Assembly (NCBI GenBank): GCA_964057225.1
Contig: OZ059896.1
Coordinates: 20,274,001 to 20,338,000, forward strand
DNA: 64,000 nt
Direction of reading: 5' to 3'
Source of the DNA: Auanema rhodensis
Lineage: Eukaryota; Animalia; Nematoda
A program made the translations under genes and the position numbers. Of the stretch, positions 40,331 through 55,000 are shown piece after piece; the first letter of the stretch is position 1; each line of letters opens with the position of its first letter. The notes under the pieces were generated by a model. The model was not told the origin of the DNA. It made no database searches and saw only the letters and a list, made by a program, of their open reading frames with translations.

Positions 40331-43300
40331 TTTTGCTAAATTATTTCGAAATTTTTCGAAAAAATTTTTGTCAAAATGTTTTTGGAAGCAATGTTGAGTG
40401 TACATGGAAACTCAACATACACTAATGCATCATTTTTCAAACGATCATAACTAATTTTTGTATTAAGCGTTTCTCAATGTAGTATAGTGCATTCAATGCG
40501 GATTTTTAAGCTGCGTCGATCTGCGTTATCAGATTTGCGCTAGCTTAAAAATGCACTGAGATATCAACTGATATAAGTTCACACTTATATCCTCGATTTT
40601 CACCCTGAAGAATTAATTTTTTCGTTGAATAACACTGTCCATCGTCTTTGCTTTGAAAAATGGAATCTAAAAACATCTACTTTTTGCTAAATTATTTTGA
40701 AATTTTTCGAAAAAATTTTTGGAAGCAATGTTGAGTGTACATGGAAACTCAACATACACTAATGCATCATTTTTCAAACGATCATAACTAATTTTTGTAT
40801 TAAGCGTTTCTCAATGTAGTATAGTGCATTCGATGCGGATTTTTAAGCTGCGTCGATCTCTGTTATCAGATTTGCGCTAGCTTAAAAATGCACCGAGATA
40901 TCAACTGATATAAGTTCACACTTATATCCTCGATTTTCACCCTGAAGGAATAATTTTTTCGTTGAATAACATTGTCCATCGTCTTTGCCTTGAAAAAAGG
41001 AATCTAAAAACATCTACTTTTTGCTAAATTATTTTGAAATTTTTCGAAAAAATTTTTGTCAAAATGTTTTTGGAAGCAATGTTGAGTGTACATGGAAACT
41101 CAACATACACTAATGCATCATTTTTCAAACGATCATAACTAATTTTTGTATCAAGCGTTTCTCAATGTAGTATAGTGCATTCGATGCGGATTTTTAAGCT
41201 GCGTCGATCTGTGTTATCATATTTGCGCTAGCTTAAAAATGCACCGAGATATCAACTGATATAAGTTCACACTTATATCCTCGATTTTCACCCTGAAGAA
41301 TTAATTTTTTCGTTGAATAACATTGTCCATCGTCTTTGCCTTGAATAAAGGAATCTAAAAACATCTACTTTTTGCTAAATTATTTTGAAATTTTTCGAAA
41401 AAATTTTTGTCAAAATGTTTTTGGAAGCAATGTTGAGTGTACATGGAAACTCAACATACACTAATGCATCATTTTTCAAACGATCATAACTAATTTTTGT
41501 ATTAAGCGTTTTTCAATGTAGTATAGTGCATTCGATGCGGATTTTTAAGCTGCGTCGATCTGTGTTATCAGATTTGCGCTAGCTTAAAAATGCACCAAGA
41601 TATCAACTGATATAAGTTCACACTTATATCCTCGATTTTCACCCTAAAGAATTAATTTTTTCGTTGAATAACATTGTCCATCGTCTTTGCCTTGAATAAA
41701 GGAATCTAAAAACATCTACTTTTTGCTAAATTATTTCGAAATTTTTCGAAAAAATTTTTGTCAAAATGTTTTTGGAAGCAATGTTGAGTGTACATGGAAA
41801 CTCAACATACACTAATGCATCATTTTTCAAACGATCATAACTAATTTTTGTATTAAGCGTTTCTCAATGTAATATAGTGCATTCAATGCGGATTTTTAAG
41901 CTGCGTCGATCTGTGTTATCAGATTTGCGCTAGCTTAAAAATGCACCGAGATATCAACTGATATAAGTTCACACTTATATCCTCGATTTTCACCCTGAAG
42001 AATTAATTTTTTCGTTGAATAACACTGTCCATCGTCTTTGCCTTGAAAAATGGAATCTAAAAACATCTACTTTTTGCTAAATTATTTTGAAATTTTTCGA
42101 AAAAATTTTTGTCAAAATGTTTTTGGAAGCAATGTTGAGTGTACATGGAAACTCAACATACACTAATGCATCATTTTTCAAACGATCATAACTAATTTTT
42201 GTATTAAGCGTTTTTCAATGTAGTATAGTGCATTCGATGCGGATTTTTAAGCTGCGTCGATCTGTGTTATCAGATTTGCGCTAGCTTAAAAATGCACCAA
42301 GATATCAACTGATATAAGTTCACACTTATATCCTCGATTTTTACCCTAAAGAATTAATTTTTTCGTTGAATAACATTGTCCATCGTCTTTGCCTTGAAAA
42401 CTGGAATCTAAAAACATCTACTTTTTGCTAAATTATTTCGAAATTTTTCGAAAAAATTTTTGTCAAAATGTTTTTGGAAGCAATGTTGAGTGTACATGGA
42501 AACTCAACATACACTAATGCATCATTTTTCAAACGATCATAACTAATTTTTGTATTAAGCGTTTTTCAATGTAGTATAGTGCATTCGATGCGGATTTTTA
42601 AGCTGCGTCGATCTGTGTTATCAGATTTGCGCTAGCTTAAAAATGCACCAAGATATCAACTGATATAAGTTCACACTTATATCCTCGATTTTCACCCTAA
42701 AGAATTAATTTTTTCGTTGAATAACATTGTCCATCGTCTTTGCCTTGAATAAAGGAATCTAAAAACATCTACTTTTTGCTAAATTATTTTGAAATTTTTC
42801 GAAAAAATTTTTGTCAAAATGTTTTTGGAAGCAATGTTGAGTGTACATGGAAACTCAACATACACTAATGCATCATTTTTCAAACGATCATAACTAATTT
42901 TTGTATTAAGCGTTTTTCAATGTAGTATAGTGCATTCGATGCGGATTTTTAAGCTGCGTCGATCTGTGTTATCAGATTTGCGCTAGCTTAAAAATGCACC
43001 AAGATATCAACTGATATAAGTTCACACTTATATCCTCGATTTTCACCCTAAAGAATTAATTTTTTCGTTGAATAACATTGTCCATCGTCTTTGCCTTGAA
43101 AACTGGAATCTAAAAACATCTACTTTTTGCTAAATTATTTCGAAATTTTTCGAAAAAATTTTTGTCAAAATGTTTTTGGAAGCAATGTTGAGTGTACATG
43201 GAAACTCAACATACACTAATGCATCATTTTTCAAACGATCATAACTAATTTTTGTATTAAGCGTTTTTCAATGTAGTATAGTGCATTCGATGCGGATTTT

Positions 43301-43729
43301 TAAGCTGCGTCGATCTGTGTTATCAGATTTGCGCTAGCTTAAAAATGCACCAAGATATCAACTGATATAAGTTCACACTTATATCCTCGATTTTCACCCT
43401 AAAGAATTAATTTTTTCGTTGAATAACATTGTCCATCGTCTTTGCCTTGAATAAAGGAATTTAAAAACATCTAAATTTTGCTAAATTATTCCGAAATTTT
43501 TCGAAAAAATTTTTGTCAAAATGTTTTTGGAAGCAATGTTGAGTGTACATGGAAACTCAACATACACTAATGCATCATTTTTCAAACGATCATAACTAAT
43601 TTTTGTATTAAGCGTTTCTCAATGTAGTATAGTGCATTCAATGCGGATTTTTAAGCTGCGTCGATCTGCGTTATCAGATTTGCGCTAGCTTAAAAATGCA
43701 CCGAGATATCAACTGATATAAGTTCACAC

Positions 43730-45192
43730 TTATATCCTCGATTTTCACCCTGAAGAATTAATTTTTTCGTTGAATAACACTGTCCATCGTCTTTGCTTTG
43801 AAAAATGGAATCTAAAAACATCTACTTTTTGCTAAATTATTTTGAAATTTTTCGAAAAAATTTTTGGAAGCAATGTTGAGTGTACATGGAAACTCAACAT
43901 ACACTAATGCATCATTTTTCAAACGATCATAACTAATTTTTGTATTAAGCGTTTCTCAATGTAGTATAGTGCATTCGATGCGGATTTTTAAGCTGCGTCG
44001 ATCTGTGTTATCAGATTTGCGCTAGCTTAAAAATGCACCGAGATATCAACTGATATAAGTTCACACTTATATCCTCGATTTTCACCCTGAAGAAATAATT
44101 TTTCCGTTGAATAACATTGTCCATCGTCTTTGCCTTGAAAAATGGAATCTAAAAACATCTACTTTTTGCTAAATTATTTTGAAATTTTTCGAAAAAAGTT
44201 TTGTCAAAATGTTTTTGGAAGCAATGTTGAGTGTACATGGAAACTCAACATACACTAATGCATCATTTTTCAAACGATCATAACTAATTTTTGTATTAAG
44301 CGTTTCTCAATGTAGTATAGTGCATTCGATGCGGATTTTTAAGCTGCGTCGATCTCTGTTATCAGATTTGCGCTAGCTTAAAAATGCACCGAGATATCAA
44401 CTGATATAAGTTCACACTTATATCCTCGATTTTCACCCTGAAGGAATAATTTTTTCGTTGAATAACATTGTCCATCGTCTTTGCCTTGAAAAAAGGAATC
44501 TAAAAACATCTACTTTTTGCTAAATTATTTTGAAATTTTTCGAAAAAATTTTTGTCAAAATGTTTTTGGAAGCAATGTTGAGTGTACATGGAAACTCAAC
44601 ATACACTAATGCATCATTTTTCAAACGATCATAACTAATTTTTGTATTAAGCGTTTCTCAATGTAGTATAGTGCATTCGATGCGGATTTTTAAGCTGCGT
44701 CGATCTGTGTTATCAGATTTGCGCTAGCTTAAAAATGCACCAAGATATCAACTGATATAAGTTTACACTTATATCCTCGATTTTCACCCTAAAGAATTAA
44801 TTTTTTCGTTGAATAACATTGTCCATCGTCTTTGCCTTGAATAAAGGAATCTAAAAACATCTACTTTTTGCTAAATTATTTCGAAATTTTTCGAAAAAAT
44901 TTTTGTCAAAATGTCTTTGGAAGCAATGTTGAGTGTACATGGAAACTCAACATACACTAATGCATCATTTTTCAAACGATCATAACTAATTTTTGTATTA
45001 AGCGTTTCTCAATGTAGTATAGTGCATTCAATGCGGATTTTTAAGCTGCGTCGATCTGTGTTATCAGATTTGCGCTAGCTTAAAAATGCACCGAGATATC
45101 AACTGATATAAGTTCACACTTATATCCTCGATTTTCACCCTGAAGAATTAATTTTTTCGTTGAATAACACTGTCCATCGTCTTTGCCTTGAA
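43730..45192 (-). repeat. Right arm of the ~1.46-kb haplotype-matched inverted repeat
   Basis: Same variants in reverse order; only one mismatch noticed (g at 44198). Confidence 0.88.
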
Positions 45193-48100
45193 AAATGGAA
45201 TCTAAAAACATCTACTTTTTGCTAAATTATTTTGAAATTTTTCGAAAAAATTTTTGTCAAAATGTTTTTGGAAGCAATGTTGAGTGTACATGGAAACTCA
45301 ACATACACTAATGCATCATTTTTCAAACGATCATAACTAATTTTTGTATTAAGCGTTTTTCAATGTAGTATAGTGCATTCGATGCGGATTTTTAAGCTGC
45401 GTCGATCTGTGTTATCAGATTTGCGCTAGCTTAAAAATGCACCAAGATATCAACTGATATAAGTTCACACTTATATCCTCGATTTTCACCCTAAAGAATT
45501 AATTTTTTCGTTGAATAACATTGTCCATCGTCTTTGCCTTGAATAAAGGAATTTAAAAACATCTACTTTTTGCTAAATTATTTCGAAATTTTTCGAAAAA
45601 ATTTTTGTCAAAATGTTTTTGGAAGCAATGTTGAGTGTACATGGAAACTCAACATACACTAATGCATCATTTTTCAAACGATCATAACTAATTTTTGTAT
45701 TAAGCGTTTCTCAATGTAGTATAGTGCATTCGATGCGGATTTTTAAGCTGCGTCGATCTGTGTTATCAGATTTGCGCTAGCTTAAAAATGCACCAAGATA
45801 TCAACTGATATAAGTTCACACTTATATCCTCGATTTTCACCCTAAAGAATTAATTTTTTCGTTGAATAACATTGTCCATCGTCTTTGCCTTGAATAAAGG
45901 AATTTAAAAACATCTACTTTTTGCTAAATTATTTCGAAATTTTTCGAAAAAATTTTTGTCAAAATGTTTTTGGAAGCAATGTTGAGTGTACATGGAAACT
46001 CAACATACACTAATGCATCATTTTTCAAACGATCATAACTAATTTTTGTATTAAGCGTTTCTCAATGTAGTATAGTGCATTCGATGCGGATTTTTAAGCT
46101 GCGTCGATCTGTGTTATCAGATTTGCGCTAGCTTAAAAATGCACCAAGATATCAACTGATATAAGTTCACACTTATATCCTCGATTTTCACCCTAAAGAA
46201 TTAATTTTTTCGTTGAATAACATTGTCCATCGTCTTTGCCTTGAATAAAGGAATCTAAAAACATCTACTTTTTGCTAAATTATTTCGAAATTTTTCGAAA
46301 AAATTTTTGTCAAAATGTTTTTGGAAGCAATGTTGAGTGTACATGGAAACTCAACATACACTAATGCATCATTTTTCAAACGATCATAACTAATTTTTGT
46401 ATTAAGCGTTTCTCAATGTAGTATAGTGCATTCGATGCGGATTTTTAAGCTGCGTCGATCTCTGTTATCAGATTTGCGCTAGCTTAAAAATGCACCGAGA
46501 TATCAACTGATATAAGTTCACACTTATATCCTCGATTTTCACCCTGAAGGAATAATTTTTTCGTTGAATAACATTGTCCATCGTCTTTGCCTTGAAAAAA
46601 GGAATCTAAAAACATCTACTTTTTGCTAAATTATTTTGAAATTTTTCGAAAAAATTTTTGTCAAAATGTTTTTGGAAGCAATGTTGAGTGTACATGGAAA
46701 CTCAACATACACTAATGCATCATTTTTCAAACGATCATAACTAATTTTTGTATTAAGCGTTTTTCAATGTAGTATAGTGCATTTGATGCGGATTTTTAAG
46801 CTGCGTCGATCTGTGTTATCAGATTTGCGCTAGCTTAAAAATGCACCAAGATATCAACTGATATAAGTTCACACTTATATCCTCGATTTTCACCCTAAAG
46901 AATTAATTTTTTCGTTGAATAACATTGTCCATCGTCTTTGCCTTGAATAAAGGAATTTAAAAACATCTACTTTTTGCTAAATTATTTCGAAATTTTTCGA
47001 AAAAATTTTTGTCAAAATGTTTTTGGAAGCAATGTTGAGTGTACATGGAAACTCAACATACACTAATGCATCATTTTTCAAACGATCATAACTAATTTTT
47101 GTATTAAGCGTTTCTCAATGTAGTATAGTGCATTCGATGCGGATTTTTAAGCTGCGTCGATCTGTGTTATCAGATTTGCGCTAGCTTAAAAATGCACCAA
47201 GATATCAACTGATATAAGTTCACACTTATATCCTCGATTTTCACCCTAAAGAATTAATTTTTTCGTTGAATAACATTGTCCATCGTCTTTGCCTTGAATA
47301 AAGGAATTTAAAAACATCTACTTTTTGCTAAATTATTTCGAAATTTTTCGAAAAAATTTTTGTCAAAATGTTTTTGGAAGCAATGTTGAGTGTACATGGA
47401 AACTCAACATACACTAATGCATCATTTTTCAAACGATCATAACTAATTTTTGTATTAAGCGTTTCTCAATGTAGTATAGTGCATTCGATGCGGATTTTTA
47501 AGCTGCGTCGATCTGTGTTATCAGATTTGCGCTAGCTTAAAAATGCACCAAGATATCAACTGATATAAGTTCACACTTATATCCTCGATTTTCACCCTAA
47601 AGAATTAATTTTTTCGTTGAATAACATTGTCCATCGTCTTTGCCTTGAATAAAGGAATCTAAAAACATCTACTTTTTGCTAAATTATTTCGAAATTTTTC
47701 GAAAAAATTTTTGTCAAAATGTTTTTGGAAGCAATGTTGAGTGTACATGGAAACTCAACATACACTAATGCATCATTTTTCAAACGATCATAACTAATTT
47801 TTGTATTAAGCGTTTCTCAATGTAGTATAGTGCATTCGATGCGGATTTTTAAGCTGCGTCGATCTCTGTTATCAGATTTGCGCTAGCTTAAAAATGCACC
47901 GAGATATCAACTGATATAAGTTCACACTTATATCCTCGATTTTCACCCTGAAGGAATAATTTTTTCGTTGAATAACATTGTCCATCGTCTTTGCCTTGAA
48001 AAAAGGAATCTAAAAACATCTACTTTTTGCTAAATTATTTTGAAATTTTTCGAAAAAATTTTTGTCAAAATGTTTTTGGAAGCAATGTTGAGTGTACATG

Positions 48101-48999
48101 GAAACTCAACATACACTAATGCATCATTTTTCAAACGATCATAACTAATTTTTGTATTAAGCGTTTTTCAATGTAGTATAGTGCATTTGATGCGGATTTT
48201 TAAGCTGCGTCGATCTGTGTTATCAGATTTGCGCTAGCTTAAAAATGCACCAAGATATCAACTGATATAAGTTCACACTTATATCCTCGATTTTCACCCT
48301 AAAGAATTAATTTTTTCGTTGAATAACATTGTCCATCGTCTTTGCCTTGAATAAAGGAATTTAAAAACATCTACTTTTTGCTAAATTATTTTGAAATTTT
48401 TCGAAAAAATTTTTGTCAAAATGTTTTTGGAAGCAATGTTGAGTGTACATGGAAACTCAACATACACTAATGCATCATTTTTCAAACGATCATAACTAAT
48501 TTTTGTATTAAGCGTTTTTCAATGTAGTATAGTGCATTCGATGCGGATTTTTAAGCTGCGTCGATCTCTGTTATCAGATTTGCGCTAGCTTAAAAATGCA
48601 CCGAGATATCAACTGATATAAGTTCACACTTATATCCTCGATTTTCACCCTGAAGGAATAATTTTTTCGTTGAATAACATTGTCCATCGTCTTTGCCTTG
48701 AAAAAAGGAATCTAAAAACATCTACTTTTTGCTAAATTATTTTGAAATTTTTCGAAAAAATTTTTGTCAAAATGTTTTTGGAAGCAATGTTGAGTGTACA
48801 TGGAAACTCAACATACACTAATGCATCATTTTTCAAACGATCATAACTAATTTTTGTATTAAGCGTTTTTCAATGTAGTATAGTGCATTCGATGCGGATT
48901 TTTAAGCTGCGTCGATCTGTGTTATCAGATTTGCGCTAGCTTAAAAATGCACCAAGATATCAACTGATATAAGTTCACACTTATATCCTCGATTTTCAC

Positions 49000-51900
49000 C
49001 CTAAAGAATTAATTTTTTCGTTGAATAACATTGTCCATCGTCTTTGCCTTGAATAAAGGAATCTAAAAACATCTACTTTTTGCTAAATTATTTCGAAATT
49101 TTTCGAAAAAATTTTTGTCAAAATGTTTTTGGAAGCAATGTTGAGTGTACATGGAAACTCAACATACACTAATGCATCATTTTTCAAACGATCATAACTA
49201 ATTTTTGTATTAAGCGTTTCTCAATGTAGTATAGTGCATTCAATGCGGATTTTTAAGCTGCGTCGATCTGTGTTATCAGATTTGCGCTAGCTTAAAAATG
49301 CACCGAGATATCAACTGATATAAGTTCACACTTATATCCTCGATTTTCACCCTGAAGAATTAATTTTTTCGTTGAATAACACTGTCCATCGTCTTTGCCT
49401 TGAAAAATGGAATCTAAAAACATCTACTTTTTGCTAAATTATTTTGAAATTTTTCGAAAAAATTTTTGTCAAAATGTTTTTGGAAGCAATGTTGAGTGTA
49501 CATGGAAACTCAACATACACTAATGCATCATTTTTCAAACGATCATAACTAATTTTTGTATTAAGCGTTTCTCAATGTAGTATAGTGCATTCGATGCGGA
49601 TTTTTAAGCTGCGTCGATCTGTGTTATCAGATTTGCGCTAGCTTAAAAATGCACCAAGATATCAACTGATATAAGTTCACACTTATATCCTCGATTTTCA
49701 CCCTGAAGAATTAATTTTTTCGTTGAATAACACTGTCCATCGTCTTTGCCTTGAAAAATGGAATCTAAAAACATCTACTTTTTGCTAAATTATTTTGAAA
49801 TTTTTCGAAAAAATTTTTGTCAAAATGTTTTTGGAAGCAATGTTGAGTGTACATGGAAACTCAACATACACTAATGCATCATTTTTCAAACGATCATAAC
49901 TAATTTTTGTATTAAGCGTTTTTCAATGTAGTATAGTGCATTCGATGCGGATTTTTAAGCTGCGTCGATCTGTGTTATCAGATTTGCGCTAGCTTAAAAA
50001 TGCACCAAGATATCAACTGATATAAGTTCACACTTATATCCTCGATTTTCACCCTAAAGAATTAATTTTTTCGTTGAATAACATTGTCCATCGTCTTTGC
50101 CTTGAAAACTGGAATCTAAAAACATCTACTTTTTGCTAAATTATTTCGAAATTTTTCGAAAAAATTTTTGTCAAAATGTTTTTGGAAGCAATGTTGAGTG
50201 TACATGGAAACTCAACATACACTAATGCATCATTTTTCAAACGATCATAACTAATTTTTGTATTAAGCGTTTTTCAATGTAGTATAGTGCATTCGATGCG
50301 GATTTTTAAGCTGCGTCGATCTGTGTTATCAGATTTGCGCTAGCTTAAAAATGCACCAAGATATCAACTGATATAAGTTCACACTTATATCCTCGATTTT
50401 CACCCTAAAGAATTAATTTTTTCGTTGAATAACATTGTCCATCGTCTTTGCCTTGAATAAAGGAATCTAAAAACATCTACTTTTTGCTAAATTATTTCGA
50501 AATTTTTCGAAAAAATTTTTGTCAAAATGTTTTTGGAAGCAATGTTGAGTGTACATGGAAACTCAACATACACTAATGCATCATTTTTCAAACGATCATA
50601 ACTAATTTTTGTATTAAGCGTTTCTCAATGTAGTATAGTGCATTCAATGCGGATTTTTAAGCTGCGTCGATCTGTGTTATCAGATTTGCGCTAGCTTAAA
50701 AATGCACCGAGATATCAACTGATATAAGTTCACACTTATATCCTCGATTTTCACCCTGAAGAATTAATTTTTTCGTTGAATAACACTGTCCATCGTCTTT
50801 GCCTTGAAAAATGGAATCTAAAAACATCTACTTTTTGCTAAATTATTTTGAAATTTTTCGAAAAAATTTTTGTCAAAATGTTTTTGGAAGCAATGTTGAG
50901 TGTACATGGAAACTCAACATACACTAATGCATCATTTTTCAAACGATCATAACTAATTTTTGTATTAAGCGTTTCTCAATGTAGTATAGTGCATTCGATG
51001 CGGATTTTTAAGCTGCGTCGATCTGTGTTATCAGATTTGCGCTAGCTTAAAAATGCACCAAGATATCAACTGATATAAGTTCACACTTATATCCTCGATT
51101 TTCACCCTGAAGAATTAATTTTTTCGTTGAATAACACTGTCCATCGTCTTTGCCTTGAAAAATGGAATCTAAAAACATCTACTTTTTGCTAAATTATTTT
51201 GAAATTTTTCGAAAAAATTTTTGTCAAAATGTTTTTGGAAGCAATGTTGAGTGTACATGGAAACTCAACATACACTAATGCATCATTTTTCAAACGATCA
51301 TAACTAATTTTTGTATTAAGCGTTTTTCAATGTAGTATAGTGCATTCGATGCGGATTTTTAAGCTGCGTCGATCTGTGTTATCAGATTTGCGCTAGCTTA
51401 AAAATGCACCAAGATATCAACTGATATAAGTTCACACTTATATCCTCGATTTTCACCCTAAAGAATTAATTTTTTCGTTGAATAACATTGTCCATCGTCT
51501 TTGCCTTGAAAACTGGAATCTAAAAACATCTACTTTTTGCTAAATTATTTCGAAATTTTTCGAAAAAATTTTTGTCAAAATGTTTTTGGAAGCAATGTTG
51601 AGTGTACATGGAAACTCAACATACACTAATGCATCATTTTTCAAACGATCATAACTAATTTTTGTATTAAGCGTTTTTCAATGTAGTATAGTGCATTCGA
51701 TGCGGATTTTTAAGCTGCGTCGATCTGTGTTATCAGATTTGCGCTAGCTTAAAAATGCACCAAGATATCAACTGATATAAGTTCACACTTATATCCTCGA
51801 TTTTCACCCTAAAGAATTAATTTTTTCGTTGAATAACATTGTCCATCGTCTTTGCCTTGAATAAAGGAATTTAAAAACATCTACTTTTTGCTAAATTATT

Positions 51901-54900
51901 TCGAAATTTTTCGAAAAAATTTTTGTCAAAATGTTTTTGGAAGCAATGTTGAGTGTACATGGAAACTCAACATACACTAATGCATCATTTTTCAAACGAT
52001 CATAACTAATTTTTGTATTAAGCGTTTTTCAATGTAGTATAGTGCATTCGATGCGGATTTTTAAGCTGCGTCGATCTGTGTTATCAGATTTGCGCTAGCT
52101 TAAAAATGCACCAAGATATCAACTGATATAAGTTCACACTTATATCCTCGATTTTCACCCTAAAGAATTAATTTTTTCGTTGAATAACATTGTCCATCGT
52201 CTTTGCCTTGAATAAAGGAATCTAAAAACATCTACTTTTTGCTAAATTATTTCGAAATTTTTCGAAAAAATTTTTGTCAAAATGTTTTTGGAAGCAATGT
52301 TGAGTGTACATGGAAACTCAACATACACTAATGCATCATTTTTCAAACGATCATAACTAATTTTTGTATTAAGCGTTTCTCAATGTAGTATAGTGCATTC
52401 AATGCGGATTTTTAAGCTGCGTCGATCTGTGTTATCAGATTTGCGCTAGCTTAAAAATGCACCGAGATATCAACTGATATAAGTTCACACTTATATCCTC
52501 GATTTTCACCCTGAAGAATTAATTTTTTCGTTGAATAACACTGTCCATCGTCTTTGCCTTGAAAAATGGAATCTAAAAACATCTACTTTTTGCTAAATTA
52601 TTTTGAAATTTTTCGAAAAAATTTTTGTCAAAATGTTTTTGGAAGCAATGTTGAGTGTACATGGAAACTCAACATACACTAATGCATCATTTTTCAAACG
52701 ATCATAACTAATTTTTGTATTAAGCGTTTCTCAATGTAGTATAGTGCATTCGATGCGGATTTTTAAGCTGCGTCGATCTGTGTTATCAGATTTGCGCTAG
52801 CTTAAAAATGCACCAAGATATCAACTGATATAAGTTCACACTTATATCCTCGATTTTCACCCTGAAGAATTAATTTTTTCGTTGAATAACACTGTCCATC
52901 GTCTTTGCCTTGAAAAATGGAATCTAAAAACATCTACTTTTTGCTAAATTATTTTGAAATTTTTCGAAAAAATTTTTGTCAAAATGTTTTTGGAAGCAAT
53001 GTTGAGTGTACATGGAAACTCAACATACACTAATGCATCATTTTTCAAACGATCATAACTAATTTTTGTATTAAGCGTTTTTCAATGTAGTATAGTGCAT
53101 TCGATGCGGATTTTTAAGCTGCGTCGATCTGTGTTATCAGATTTGCGCTAGCTTAAAAATGCACCAAGATATCAACTGATATAAGTTCACACTTATATCC
53201 TCGATTTTCACCCTAAAGAATTAATTTTTTCGTTGAATAACATTGTCCATCGTCTTTGCCTTGAAAACTGGAATCTAAAAACATCTACTTTTTGCTAAAT
53301 TATTTCGAAATTTTTCGAAAAAATTTTTGTCAAAATGTTTTTGGAAGCAATGTTGAGTGTACATGGAAACTCAACATACACTAATGCATCATTTTTCAAA
53401 CGATCATAACTAATTTTTGTATTAAGCGTTTTTCAATGTAGTATAGTGCATTCGATGCGGATTTTTGAGCTGCGTCGATCTGTGTTATCAGATTTGCGCT
53501 AGCTTAAAAATGCACCAAGATATCAACTGATATAAGTTCACACTTATATCCTCGATTTTCACCCTAAAGAATTAATTTTTTCGTTGAATAACATTGTCCA
53601 TCGTCTTTGCCTTGAATAAAGGAATCTAAAAACATCTACTTTTTGCTAAATTATTTCGAAATTTTTCGAAAAAATTTTTGTCAAAATGTTTTTGGAAGCA
53701 ATGTTGAGTGTACATGGAAACTCAACATACACTAATGCATCATTTTTCAAACGATCATAACTAATTTTTGTATTAAGCGTTTCTCAATGTAGTATAGTGC
53801 ATTCAATGCGGATTTTTAAGCTGCGTCGATCTGTGTTATCAGATTTGCGCTAGCTTAAAAATGCACCGAGATATCAACTGATATAAGTTCACACTTATAT
53901 CCTCGATTTTCACCCTGAAGAATTAATTTTTTCGTTGAATAACACTGTCCATCGTCTTTGCCTTGAAAAATGGAATCTAAAAACATCTACTTTTTGCTAA
54001 ATTATTTTGAAATTTTTCGAAAAAATTTTTGTCAAAATGTTTTTGGAAGCAATGTTGAGTGTACATGGAAACTCAACATACACTAATGCATCATTTTTCA
54101 AACGATCATAACTAATTTTTGTATTAAGCGTTTCTCAATGTAGTATAGTGCATTCGATGCGGATTTTTAAGCTGCGTCGATCTGTGTTATCAGATTTGCG
54201 CTAGCTTAAAAATGCACCAAGATATCAACTGATATAAGTTCACACTTATATCCTCGATTTTCACCCTGAAGAATTAATTTTTTCGTTGAATAACACTGTC
54301 CATCGTCTTTGCCTTGAAAAATGGAATCTAAAAACATCTACTTTTTGCTAAATTATTTTGAAATTTTTCGAAAAAATTTTTGTCAAAATGTTTTTGGAAG
54401 CAATGTTGAGTGTACATGGAAACTCAACATACACTAATGCATCATTTTTCAAACGATCATAACTAATTTTTGTATTAAGCGTTTTTCAATGTAGTATAGT
54501 GCATTCGATGCGGATTTTTAAGCTGCGTCGATCTGTGTTATCAGATTTGCGCTAGCTTAAAAATGCACCAAGATATCAACTGATATAAGTTCACACTTAT
54601 ATCCTCGATTTTCACCCTAAAGAATTAATTTTTTCGTTGAATAACATTGTCCATCGTCTTTGCCTTGAAAACTGGAATCTAAAAACATCTACTTTTTGCT
54701 AAATTATTTCGAAATTTTTCGAAAAAATTTTTGTCAAAATGTTTTTGGAAGCAATGTTGAGTGTACATGGAAACTCAACATACACTAATGCATCATTTTT
54801 CAAACGATCATAACTAATTTTTGTATTAAGCGTTTTTCAATGTAGTATAGTGCATTCGATGCGGATTTTTAAGCTGCGTCGATCTGTGTTATCAGATTTG

Positions 54901-55000
54901 CGCTAGCTTAAAAATGCACCAAGATATCAACTGATATAAGTTCACACTTATATCCTCGATTTTCACCCTAAAGAATTAATTTTTTCGTTGAATAACATTG
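49000..55000 (-). repeat. 4-mer/9-mer higher-order duplication marked by 'gaaaaCtgg'; boundaries approximate
   Basis: Variant at 50109, 51513, 53268, 54672; spacings 1404, 1755, 1404; pairs offset by 3159 = 9x351. Confidence 0.78.
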
